A stretch of DNA of 57,163 nucleotides, counting the filler, from Candidatus Limnocylindrales bacterium (lineage in GTDB: Bacteria > Moduliflexota > Moduliflexia > Moduliflexales > JAUQPW01), in assembly GCA_035559535.1 (NCBI GenBank). It is 6 parts of 6 records of this genome, joined end to end, with 100 filler letters (N's around TTAATTAATTAA, not from the genome) between each part and the next. Parts side by side here need not be neighbours in the genome. Positions count along the whole stretch, not along the records: positions 33,146 to 47,655 come from DATMBG010000030.1; positions 47,756 to 52,391 come from DATMBG010000053.1; 4 more parts are not named here. One strand, written 5' to 3'. Position numbers and translations under genes: made by a program. This document shows positions 39,550 through 48,489 of the stretch, piece after piece. The notes below the pieces were generated by a model. It did no database searches and was not told the origin of the DNA. It saw only the letters and a program-made list of their open reading frames with translations. Every line of letters starts with the position of its first letter. The stretch's first letter is position 1.

Positions 39550-40503
39550 ATGAAAAACCTATACCGGATTCTGGTCCTTTTTCTCTTTCTCAGCTTATGT
39601 GGGATAAATTCGGCTTCTGCCGGTGAACTCTGGATTACCAATCAGTCTTCCAATACCCTTTCCATTATTGATACAGAAACTTATCAAACCCTGGCGACCC
39701 TTCCTTCCGGTGGGAGTGAACCTCACAATATTACCTTTAGTCCTGATGGTAAGGAAGCCTGGGTTTGTCACGTAGGTTCCAACAATGTGGCGGTCTTTGA
39801 TGTAGGCTCCAGAAAACTTTTAACGATACTCCCGGGAGGTAAACGGGCCCATGCGGTTACCTTCACACCGGATGGTCGTTATGCCTACCTGGCCAATCCG
39901 GGCTCCAACGATGTCTGGGTCTTTGAAGCGGCGACTAAAAACCTAATCAAAGTTATTCCGGTGGGTGAAGCCCCCCAGTTAATTACTTTCTCCCGGGACG
40001 GAAAAAAAGCCTTTGTAACCAATAGCAAAAGCGAAGAGGTCTGGGTGTTGGATACGACCAGTTATGAAGTTCTTGCAAAGATTCCGGCAGGAAGGGATGT
40101 GATGGGTTGTGGGACTACCCAGGATAGTCGACATCTCTATGTAACGGCCGGAGGCGATAACGGAGTTGCACTCATCGATACCCTGGCGTATCAAAATGTA
40201 AAGTTTATAGAGACTGGGCTGGATGCCCATGGATTGGTGATTTCCCCCGATGATAAATACGTTTATGTCGCCAATCGGGGAGAGAATACGCTTTCGGTTA
40301 TCGATAGCTCTACCAATCAAGTGATTGGAGCCATTCCGGTTGGGAAAAAGCCGGATATTTTAACCATTTCTCCAGATGGTCACTATGTTTATGTTACCAA
40401 TCGCCTGGAGGATACCATTTCGGTGGTAGATACAGTCTCCAGGCAGGCTCTGAAAGTTATACCGGTAGGAAAGGAACCCCATGGCATTGCTTTAAAACCT
40501 TAA
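39550..40503 (+). CDS. Secreted YVTN-type beta-propeller protein
   Basis: Repeated YVTN/YVAN...IPVG..P blades after a signal peptide. Confidence 0.9.
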   Translation: MKNLYRILVLFLFLSLCGINSASAGELWITNQSSNTLSIIDTETYQTLATLPSGGSEPHNITFSPDGKEAWVCHVGSNNVAVFDVGSRKLLTILPGGKRAHAVTFTPDGRYAYLANPGSNDVWVFEAATKNLIKVIPVGEAPQLITFSRDGKKAFVTNSKSEEVWVLDTTSYEVLAKIPAGRDVMGCGTTQDSRHLYVTAGGDNGVALIDTLAYQNVKFIETGLDAHGLVISPDDKYVYVANRGENTLSVIDSSTNQVIGAIPVGKKPDILTISPDGHYVYVTNRLEDTISVVDTVSRQALKVIPVGKEPHGIALKP

Positions 40504-40560
40504 GGATTGGAAAGAAGAGTGGGATAAGGAAAGACAAAAGGCAAACAGTAGTCCTCTATA

Positions 40561-40742
40561 ACACTGTTTACTTAATTTTGATCTCATGGTACGACTTTCA
40601 CTTCCCAACTCCCCGCTCCCAGCTCTTCCCTCTCTGCCTTCTCCCTCCCTGCATGCGGGGAGGGAAGAGGTGGGGTGGGGGGGGGAGAGGGGCCGGGGGG
40701 TGAGGGCCCTTTAAAAGTCAAGCAAAACTAAGTAAACAGTGT
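40561..40742. mobile_element. Complete MITE-like element, 182 bp
   Basis: 20-bp terminal inverted repeats ACACTGTTTACTTAATTTTG / CAAAACTAAGTAAACAGTGT (19/20 match), internal C-rich/G-rich hairpin, no ORF. Confidence 0.75.
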
Positions 40743-40775
40743 ACTACTTTTACCCTTTGTCTTTCTGTTTTCAGA

Positions 40776-42197
40776 ATGGCCGACGCGGTTGAAGTCAAGC
40801 AAGAGGAACGGGAGCTGGCTCTGGAAGATGAGCTGGTCAACAAATCATTGGTTAAGAAATGGCTTTTATGGGGATTCGTCTGGGTACTCTTCGCCCCGAC
40901 GGTCGGAGTTATTGTCTCCACGAAGTTTAATTACCCGGAATTTTTAGGTAATTCCCCCTATTTTACCTTTGGGCGACTTCGCCCGATTCATGTAAACGGT
41001 GTGATCTTAGGGGTTTTCAGTACCCTTTTCATAGGAATGTGTTATTATGTGGTCCCCCGACTTACCGGAACCCGGGTATATCTGGGAGACAAACTCGGTA
41101 ATATCCTTCTGTGGGTCTGGAATCTGACCCTGGCCGGAGGATTTATTTCCCTGGCTTTTGGATCAAATCAGGGTATCGAGGCCGGAGAAGCTCCTTTAAT
41201 AACCGATATTATTCTGGAAATCTGCTTTTTGATTTTGACGCTCCAATTCTTCGTGACCATTGCCAAACGGCGAGAAGAAAAGCTCTATGTAAGTCTCTGG
41301 TATCTCATCGCAGCCTTTGTCTGGACCGATATAAACTGGGCCTTTGGGAATTTTATCGTTCCATATTCGGTTCCGGGCATCAATAATGCTGCACTGCATG
41401 GACTTTTTATTCATTATGTGGTTGGGCTCTGGATTACTCCGGCCGGATATGTCATGATTTACTATTTTCTACCGGCTTCGGTCCGAAATCCCATTTATAG
41501 CCATAAACTTTCCCTCATCGGATTCTGGTCACTGGCTTTCTTCTATCCCTTTGTAGGAATCCACCATTATCTCTATAGCCCTATCGCAGATTGGGCTGAG
41601 ACCCTTGCCATTGTCAGCAGTATGATGTTAATCATACCGGTTTGGACCGTCATCCAGAACTTCTTCGGGACGATGATCGGGCGATGGTCTCAATTCCATG
41701 AGAATTACACCGCCAAGTTTCTAATCCTGGGATCCATCATGTATCTATTCGGTTGTTTCCAGGGCTCTACAGAAGCTTTACGAAGCCTTCAACAGCCCAC
41801 CCATTTTACAGATTTTGTTATTTCCCATTCACATCTTACAGTATTTGGAACCTTTGTGCTTTGGGTGTTAGGTCCTGCAATTTTTGTATGGCAGCGAATT
41901 ACAGGGCAGGAGTTGTGGAGCTCCCGTATGGCAAACTGGAGTTTCTGGCTCATTACAGCCGGAATTTCCAGCATGGGCATCGGACTCACCTTTGGTGGAT
42001 TACAGCAAGGTTATATGTGGATGAAACAGGTGGAATGGGTAGAGTCTGTGATTGCCACCAAACCTTTCTGGCTTTTCAGAACCTTTTCAGGAATCTCCAT
42101 GGATATTGGAATGTCACTTTTGGTGATTAACTTACTCCTGACAACCAGAGCCAGATCTAGAACTGAGTTGCTGGGACGTACGGTACCCAGTATGTGA
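40776..42197 (+). CDS. ccoN: cbb3-type cytochrome c oxidase subunit I
   Basis: GRLRPIH, FIHYVVG, FFYPFVGIHHY (Tyr plus HH of CuB) and ISHSH heme ligands; about 12 TM helices. Confidence 0.88.
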   Translation: MADAVEVKQEERELALEDELVNKSLVKKWLLWGFVWVLFAPTVGVIVSTKFNYPEFLGNSPYFTFGRLRPIHVNGVILGVFSTLFIGMCYYVVPRLTGTRVYLGDKLGNILLWVWNLTLAGGFISLAFGSNQGIEAGEAPLITDIILEICFLILTLQFFVTIAKRREEKLYVSLWYLIAAFVWTDINWAFGNFIVPYSVPGINNAALHGLFIHYVVGLWITPAGYVMIYYFLPASVRNPIYSHKLSLIGFWSLAFFYPFVGIHHYLYSPIADWAETLAIVSSMMLIIPVWTVIQNFFGTMIGRWSQFHENYTAKFLILGSIMYLFGCFQGSTEALRSLQQPTHFTDFVISHSHLTVFGTFVLWVLGPAIFVWQRITGQELWSSRMANWSFWLITAGISSMGIGLTFGGLQQGYMWMKQVEWVESVIATKPFWLFRTFSGISMDIGMSLLVINLLLTTRARSRTELLGRTVPSM

Positions 42198-42213
42198 GAG
42201 GAGGCCATAGAAC

Positions 42214-43848
42214 ATGCGACATGCCAAAACCGTTGCGGTTATAGCCGGATTTTTATTCATCACCCTGGCGATTTTTGTTCAGGGATTTCTCCCGGCCATG
42301 CTTCCCCAGTCCCGGGAGAAAAGGGTTACCATGGCTGTGAGGACCCATCTGGGAGAGATCAAGTGGGTACAACATGAAGCCACCGATTATACGGAATTGG
42401 AAAAGCTAGGACGACGGGTCTACATCCGAGAAGGGTGTTGGTATTGCCATTCTCAGTATGTAAGACCGGTAGCCGGTGAAGATCAACGTTGGGGACCTGT
42501 CTCTCAGGCCGGAGAATATGCCTTTGATATTCCTCATCTTTTCTCCACCCGCCGCATTGGACCTGATCTGACCCGGGTAGGTTTAAAATACTCCGATGGC
42601 TGGCATTATGCCCATCACTGGGACCCTAGAATGTTGACCCCGGACTCCAACATGCCTTCCTTCCGATGGCTTTTCTATGATCCCATCCGGGTGGCCATAA
42701 AACGGGAGGGAGATACCCTCAGCCTGGATACCGATAACCCGCAGCTTAGAAAAACGTTCACGTTTAATCCAGATAAAGAAATTCATTTAACGCCCAATGA
42801 AGAGGGATTGGCCTTTACCAAGGAAACCGACGGCACGCCGGTTCTATTCTTTGGAAATATGTCCACCGAGTATTTTAAGAAAGATTTTGTGGATATTCTC
42901 ATTCCCCGACAGGATCTACGAGGTTTGATAGCTTATATCCAGAAACTCGGTATGAATCGAGGTAACTGGCGAGATACCTTTGAACCTCAGCGGGTGTTTG
43001 CCACGGAGTTTGAAGTGCCGGAATCGGAGGAATGGATTGCCCGAGGCCGGGAAGTCTATCAGATGCGATGTCAGGGATGCCATGGGGTCAAAGGAGATGG
43101 TAACGGCCCGGCCGCTACCTTCTTCTCTGGAGAATTCCGACCCAGGGACTTTACCAGTGCTACCTTTAAATTCCGGACCACTCCCTCCGGCTCTCTCCCT
43201 ACCAATGGAGATCTTTTGAGGACCATCACCGTGGGGGTACGGGGAACGGCTATGCCAACCTGGCACGAGTTGACCGAAAAGGATCGGCTGGCCGTGATTC
43301 AGTATATTAAAACTTTTTCGGAGTTTTGGAAAGAAGAAACCCCGCTACCGCCCATTGAAATTCCAAAACCACCCCCTGCCAGTCCGGAAATGATTGCCAA
43401 GGGAAAAGAAGCCTTTGAGTCGGCTAAGTGCTGGCAATGCCATGGGAGAGGAGGAAAGGGAGATGGACCTTCTGCCAATGAGCTTAAAGACGATTGGGGG
43501 TTCCCGATCCGCCCGGCCGACTTTACAAGGGGTATTTTTAAGTCGGGACCCGGCGTCCGGGATATCTTCCGGACTATGTCCACCGGGTTAAATGGAACTC
43601 CAATGCCTTCTTATATCGATACCCTTTCGGAAGAGCAACGCTGGCAAATCTCTTACTATGTCTTATCCTTTTCTGCTTATAGGGATCCCCTGCATAATAA
43701 AGAGTATGATATTCCCGAAGCCGTAAAAACTGCCCTGGATTCTCCCGATGTGCAGGCTCCGGATTCCAAACATGCTTTTAACCCTGCCACCTTGAAGAAA
43801 ACGATGGCGGCAACCGTGGAGGATCAGTTGAAAGCGGCGAAAGAGTAA
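42214..43848 (+). CDS. ccoO: cbb3-type oxidase subunit II fused to two extra cytochrome c domains
   Basis: GRRVYIREGCWYCHSQYVRP...RRIGPDL CcoO motif, plus CQGCH and CWQCH. Confidence 0.88.
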   Translation: MRHAKTVAVIAGFLFITLAIFVQGFLPAMLPQSREKRVTMAVRTHLGEIKWVQHEATDYTELEKLGRRVYIREGCWYCHSQYVRPVAGEDQRWGPVSQAGEYAFDIPHLFSTRRIGPDLTRVGLKYSDGWHYAHHWDPRMLTPDSNMPSFRWLFYDPIRVAIKREGDTLSLDTDNPQLRKTFTFNPDKEIHLTPNEEGLAFTKETDGTPVLFFGNMSTEYFKKDFVDILIPRQDLRGLIAYIQKLGMNRGNWRDTFEPQRVFATEFEVPESEEWIARGREVYQMRCQGCHGVKGDGNGPAATFFSGEFRPRDFTSATFKFRTTPSGSLPTNGDLLRTITVGVRGTAMPTWHELTEKDRLAVIQYIKTFSEFWKEETPLPPIEIPKPPPASPEMIAKGKEAFESAKCWQCHGRGGKGDGPSANELKDDWGFPIRPADFTRGIFKSGPGVRDIFRTMSTGLNGTPMPSYIDTLSEEQRWQISYYVLSFSAYRDPLHNKEYDIPEAVKTALDSPDVQAPDSKHAFNPATLKKTMAATVEDQLKAAKE

Positions 43849-43935
43849 TCGGCGGTGAGACCGATAACCTGCGTAAAACGGAATATGCGAGACGTAGCTT
43901 TACGTTTCACGATTCACGTTTTACGCCTTAGATTA

Positions 43936-44130
43936 ATGAAAGATGTCTTTTTACTTGAGTTTCTAACCTTTTATGAGTTTTTTGTAGCCCTTCTCATGGG
44001 TTTTGCCGCTCTATGCTTTTTTATATGGGCTATTCTAACAGGAAATTTCAAAGATGTTGAAGCTATTAAGTATAAGGTCTACGAGATGGAGGTCGTCCAT
44101 GAAGAGGGAAGAAAAGGAAAAAACAGGTGA
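43936..44130 (+). CDS. ccoS: cbb3 oxidase maturation protein CcoS-like
   Basis: Single TM helix followed by FIWAILTGNFKDVE (CcoS W-A-x-x-x-G-Q-F-x-D pattern). Confidence 0.72.
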   Translation: MKDVFLLEFLTFYEFFVALLMGFAALCFFIWAILTGNFKDVEAIKYKVYEMEVVHEEGRKGKNR

Positions 44131-44338
44131 ACAAAGCTCAGATAAAAAATCTACTCCCCCGGTAGAACCTGTGCAGGGGAAGTATGGACCTGTGGAAGAA
44201 TACCACTTCTCAGGCATCCGGGTCTACCATGGTATTGTTAACAAATGGCTCCTTATCGTCTACCTGGTCCTGGTAATATGGGCTCTTTTCTATCTCTTTA
44301 AACATTGGGGAGGACTTGGACCAGGATTGGGATTCTAA
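44099..44338 (+). CDS. Small membrane protein resembling the CcoP N-terminal segment
   Basis: GGAGG RBS; EEYHFSGIRVYHGIVNKWLLIVYLVLVIWALFY resembles the FixP_N pattern. Confidence 0.6.
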   Translation: MKREEKEKTGEQSSDKKSTPPVEPVQGKYGPVEEYHFSGIRVYHGIVNKWLLIVYLVLVIWALFYLFKHWGGLGPGLGF

Positions 44339-44349
44339 AGGAGAAGTTT

Positions 44350-44457
44350 ATGTCCCTGGCAGAAAGAATCGTTTTTATTTTAGCCATCCTGAATCTGATA
44401 TTTCTCGGACTGGAACTGTTATATAACATCTTAAACGCGCTCGTTGCTTATTTATAA
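44350..44457 (+). CDS. 35-aa single-TM protein MSLAERIVFILAILNLIFLGLELLYNILNALVAYL
   Basis: AAGGAG RBS, ATG 44350, TAA 44455-44457; fills the gap inside the cco operon. Confidence 0.6.
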   Translation: MSLAERIVFILAILNLIFLGLELLYNILNALVAYL

Positions 44458-44509
44458 AGACGAGCTTCCTGCTCATGTTTCCGAAAAGTGATTTTTAGAG
44501 GAACGACCT

Positions 44510-46693
44510 ATGGTGTGTAAACATTGCGGGCTTCCTCTACCTTATGCCAGAAGCCGGGACTATCAGATCAGAAACCAGCTCAACATCCCCCCTGGCCCCC
44601 CTCCAGGGGGGATGAAGAACGAAACTGAAAAATCCTCAGAATTCAGGGATTCCCATTCAGAACTGGAAAAGGATCGATTCTGTTGCTATGGTTGTTATAT
44701 TGCCTACCAGGTTGTAGGGGAAAAAGGGGAAGAGGGAGAAGCCTCCTGGAATTTAATCAAGTTAGGATTAGGCGTTTTTTTATCCATGAACGCCATGATG
44801 TTCAACCTGGTGCTTTACTTTGGAGATCTCCGGGAGATAAGTGCGGATCTCCTTCCCCTTATTCATTATCTCCTCTTTGTCCTTTCCACGCTGGTCATGG
44901 GCTTTCTGGGTCTTCCCTTTCTTTATAGCGCCTGGCGAAGTCTCCGACGGGTTTCTTTTACCATGGATAGTTTAATTGCCGTAGGAGCCTTCTCCGCCTA
45001 TTTTTATTCCAGCTATATCACTTTCACCCGGCAACAGGGGGTTTACTTCGATACCGGCAATATGATCCTGGTTCTGGTAACCCTGGGAAGATTCCTGGAG
45101 GCAAAGGCTAAAGCCAGCACTTCGGATTCTATTCGAAAATTTCTTCAATTGGGAGCCTCAGAGGCAACCGTCCTGAAAGATGGAAAAATCCTGAAAGTTC
45201 CGGTCCAGGCTATCCAGGTGGGAGACATCCTCCAGGTTCTGCCTGGAGAAAAAATTCCGGTAGACGGAAGAATTATCCAGGGAGAAACCAGTGTGGATGA
45301 ATCCATGCTCACAGGGGAGTCAAGACCTGTTCAAAAGGGTAAAGACGATAAGGTATTCGGTGCAACCCTTAACCGGGAAGGGTATATCTTGATGGAAGCA
45401 ACCCATGTCGGTCAGGATACCGTCTTATCTCAAATTGTGAGGCTTATGGAACAAGCCCAACTGAGTCGAGCCTCTATCCAAAACCTGGTCGATAAGATTT
45501 CAAATCTGTTTGTTCCGGTTATCTTAAGTATAGCTTTGATAACATTTACGGTATGGTTTTTCAAGGGACATACAGAGGCTGCGTTACTGAACTCCCTGGC
45601 CGTATTACTTATTTCCTGTCCCTGTGCCCTGGGAATTGCAACCCCTATGGTAACCTGTATCGGTATCGGAAGGGCTGCAAGGGAAGGAATTCTTATCAGA
45701 ACCGGGGAGGTTCTGGAAAAACTTCCTCGACTTCAATCCATTTTCTTCGATAAAACGGGAACCCTCACCCAGGGTAAAATGACCCTCTCTTCCTGGTTGA
45801 TAGATCCTTCCTCCGAAGACTATGATGAGAATCAACTCCTGACCCTTGCAGCTTCTTTAGAAACCTGCTCTGAACATTCTTTAGGAAAGAGCATTGTAGA
45901 AGCGGCCAGACAAAGAAATTTGCCCCTTTATAAGGTCTTAGAATTCAAGGTAAAGCCGGGAATGGGTATTCAGGGGAGAATCCTCTGGAAAGAAAATCCG
46001 TTGGTTTACCTGGGTAGTGAGCGTTATTTTCGGGAAAATCATCTTGCCCTCTCAGAGACTCTCTTATCTGAAAAGGAACGGCTCCAATCGGTGGGAAAAA
46101 CGGTCATTTTTTGTGGCTGGCAGGGAAAAGCCCGGGGCCTTTTAAGTTTCTCCGATGAAGTCAGAGAGGAAGCCTATCAGGCTATAAAGGCCTGCCGTCG
46201 GCTGGGATTAGAAGTCTCCATTTTGTCGGGAGATCATCCACTCGTGGCTTATGAGGTCGGCAAAAAGTTAAATATCTCCCGGGTTTACGCTCATTTGCTT
46301 CCTTCTGAAAAAGCGCAGGAAATCCAGAAAGCCCAAAATCAAGGCTACAAAGTAGCTATGGTAGGGGATGGAATTAACGACGCACCCTCCTTAGCTCAGG
46401 CCGATGTAGGGATTGCAATGGGTTCTGGAACGGATCTGGCCAAAGAAACCGCAGATATTAGCATTCTAGGAGGGGATTTGCGAAAGATCCCCTGGGCTAT
46501 TCAGCTGGCCTCTGCCGCTTATAAAAAGATTCAAGAGAATTTATTCTGGGCATTCATCTACAATATCCTGGGTATCGCTCTGGCCGCTTCAGGGGTCCTG
46601 ACCCCTATCCTTTCTGCAGGGATGATGGTGATCAGCAGTCTCTGTGTCATCGGAAATTCCCTGAGGTTACAAAAATTTAACGGTGGTGAGTAA
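44510..46693 (+). CDS. ccoI: Heavy-metal (Cu) P1B-type ATPase, CcoI/FixI-like
   Basis: N-terminal CKHC...FCCYGC, TGES, CPC, DKTGT, YN...MxxSS; located in the cco operon. Confidence 0.85.
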   Translation: MVCKHCGLPLPYARSRDYQIRNQLNIPPGPPPGGMKNETEKSSEFRDSHSELEKDRFCCYGCYIAYQVVGEKGEEGEASWNLIKLGLGVFLSMNAMMFNLVLYFGDLREISADLLPLIHYLLFVLSTLVMGFLGLPFLYSAWRSLRRVSFTMDSLIAVGAFSAYFYSSYITFTRQQGVYFDTGNMILVLVTLGRFLEAKAKASTSDSIRKFLQLGASEATVLKDGKILKVPVQAIQVGDILQVLPGEKIPVDGRIIQGETSVDESMLTGESRPVQKGKDDKVFGATLNREGYILMEATHVGQDTVLSQIVRLMEQAQLSRASIQNLVDKISNLFVPVILSIALITFTVWFFKGHTEAALLNSLAVLLISCPCALGIATPMVTCIGIGRAAREGILIRTGEVLEKLPRLQSIFFDKTGTLTQGKMTLSSWLIDPSSEDYDENQLLTLAASLETCSEHSLGKSIVEAARQRNLPLYKVLEFKVKPGMGIQGRILWKENPLVYLGSERYFRENHLALSETLLSEKERLQSVGKTVIFCGWQGKARGLLSFSDEVREEAYQAIKACRRLGLEVSILSGDHPLVAYEVGKKLNISRVYAHLLPSEKAQEIQKAQNQGYKVAMVGDGINDAPSLAQADVGIAMGSGTDLAKETADISILGGDLRKIPWAIQLASAAYKKIQENLFWAFIYNILGIALAASGVLTPILSAGMMVISSLCVIGNSLRLQKFNGGE

Positions 46694-46772
46694 GTGAGCA
46701 AGGGAGTAAGGGCCAGGGAGTAAAAAACAAAGGAGCAAAAGGTCGGGGAAACTCACTCCCTTACTCCCTTAC

Positions 46773-47528
46773 TTGCTTACTCCCTGCGATGGGGTGACAT
46801 ATTTTCTTGCTTTCCTTTTTGGCCTCGTAGGGAGCACCCACTGCATTGGAATGTGTGGTCCTATGGTGGTCCTCTATTCAACCCGACCGATTTCTGTCGG
46901 TAGCCTTAAAATGGCTCCACGATCACGGGCCTTTTTGCATCGCCAGCACTTCCTTTTTAACCTGGGTCGGGTAGTCCTTTACACCTATTTCGGATTCATC
47001 TGTGGATTTGTGGGGTATCTCTTCCGTCTTCGCACAGAACTCGAAGGTTACGTCGGTTTATTGGGTGGACTTTTCATCGTCTTCATGGGATTTAGCCTGA
47101 TAGGCTTTTCTCCTCAACTTTCCTTCCTGAATACCCTCCTTTCAAAATCGGCCGGGATCTTCCAGGCCATCTGGAGACAGTATCGCAAACTGGCAGATTC
47201 TTCTGGTGTGTTCCTTCTGGGCTGTGCCCATGGATTCCTCCCCTGTCCCCTCCTCTACACGTTGTTTGCCTTTTCAGCTTCTACCGGAGATCCTTTTCGT
47301 GGGGCTCTCCTCATGCTGGTTTTCAGCCTGGGGACCGTTCCGGCCATGTGGGGACTGGGAATCCTTTCGGGATGGTTCGATGAAAAAAAACGTAATAAAG
47401 TTTTACGCTTTATGGGCTTAGGGATAGCTCTCTGGGGAACAGTTCTTCTGAGCCACGGATTAAAAACTCTGGGTCTCCTTCCCCCTGAAATGTCCCACCG
47501 GATTCCGGAGATCCACTTCTTCCACTAA
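46773..47528 (+). CDS. DsbD_2 / TauE-SafE family membrane protein (cbb3 assembly-associated)
   Basis: HCIGMCGP and GFLPCPLLY motifs; the true start may be GTG 46794. Confidence 0.82.
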   Translation: MLTPCDGVTYFLAFLFGLVGSTHCIGMCGPMVVLYSTRPISVGSLKMAPRSRAFLHRQHFLFNLGRVVLYTYFGFICGFVGYLFRLRTELEGYVGLLGGLFIVFMGFSLIGFSPQLSFLNTLLSKSAGIFQAIWRQYRKLADSSGVFLLGCAHGFLPCPLLYTLFAFSASTGDPFRGALLMLVFSLGTVPAMWGLGILSGWFDEKKRNKVLRFMGLGIALWGTVLLSHGLKTLGLLPPEMSHRIPEIHFFH

Positions 47529-47537
47529 GAAACTACT

Positions 47538-47655
47538 ACACTGTTTACTTAATTTCGATCTCATAGTACTGCTTTCACTTCCCAACTCCCCTCACCCCCA
47601 TCCCCCCTAGCCCCCCAGTTCCCCCTTTCCGTAGGGGCGGGAGGCCTCCCGCCCC
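47538..47655. mobile_element. Left half of the MITE-like element, broken at the contig end
   Basis: ACACTGTTTACTTAATTTCGATCTCATAGTACTGCTTTCACTTCCCAACTCCCC nearly matches the start of the copy at 40561. Confidence 0.72.
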
Positions 47656-47755
47656 NNNNNNNNNNNNNNNNNNNNNNNNNNNNNNNNNNNNNNNNNNNNT
47701 TAATTAATTAANNNNNNNNNNNNNNNNNNNNNNNNNNNNNNNNNNNNNNNNNNNN
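47656..47755. other. Artificial contig linker
   Basis: N-run around TTAATTAATTAA. Confidence 0.97.
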
Positions 47756-47966
47756 TGCCGCCATAAAACAGAGCAAGCCCAGGGGCGGTCATCATCAAAA
47801 CCAGGGCCGCTGAGGTCAGCATCCAGGCCGTATCTCCGGCACTAATTTGAGGGGGAGGGGTCTCCTCGGCACTCCATGCAAAGTTCAAATTTCCAAATCC
47901 AAATAAAAGAAAAACAAGACTTCCCAACAGGATACCAATTAATTTCCTTAACATTCTTCCCATCAT
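47756..47966 (-). CDS. amtB: Ammonium transporter, N-terminal fragment (truncated by the contig end)
   Basis: [27 protein letters not shown] Amt signature; GGAGG RBS. Confidence 0.88.
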
Positions 47967-48094
47967 AGTCAAAGCCTCCAAGGTTTATTTATAAAAATAT
48001 TGTAATGATTTAGGAGTCAGAAATCAGAAAATCCCGAAGTTATTCTGATCTTTGATCCTTGATTTTTCTGTAAACATCATTTGATGGTTTTATG

Positions 48095-48110
48095 AGCAAT
48101 GAGCATACCA
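48095..48110 (-). promoter_or_regulatory. sigma54 promoter of amt
   Basis: Minus strand TGGTATGCTCATTGCT (GG-N10-GC) upstream of a nitrogen-uptake gene. Confidence 0.7.
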
Positions 48111-48489
48111 GAAAGTTTATAAGGGTTTATAAGACCCGAAAAGCCTTGTCATACCTTTGAACGTAGGGGATGAGAGCCTTGATGTTTAAAAAAAGGGAGC
48201 TGACTAAGTTTTGAGCATTATGGAGGGATATTCGATTAATTTTTGGTCAGGTGGAAACGAATAGGTTAAGACCTTATTGAGATAACGACGGAAACTGAGC
48301 GTTGAAAATATTCTGAAAAAATCTTCCAGAACAAAAAGCTTATTTTTTAGGCAGGATGATTTTCTCTCCGCGAAGTTGATGAGAAATTGGGCAATGGAGG
48401 TTGGGGAGGAGGTTTGTAGTCGGGGAGAGGACCGCCATGGAAGGGGCGGCCCTGGGGTTTTGCTCAGCATCAAAGGGGGAGCTTTTTTT

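Noticed and set aside
46688-46785. Short periodic repeats (GGGAGTAA / TTACTCCC; also TGTTCGT near 49918) considered as a CRISPR array
   Set aside because: These are 7-8-nt tandem units in inverted arrangement, with no repeat-spacer structure and no cas genes.
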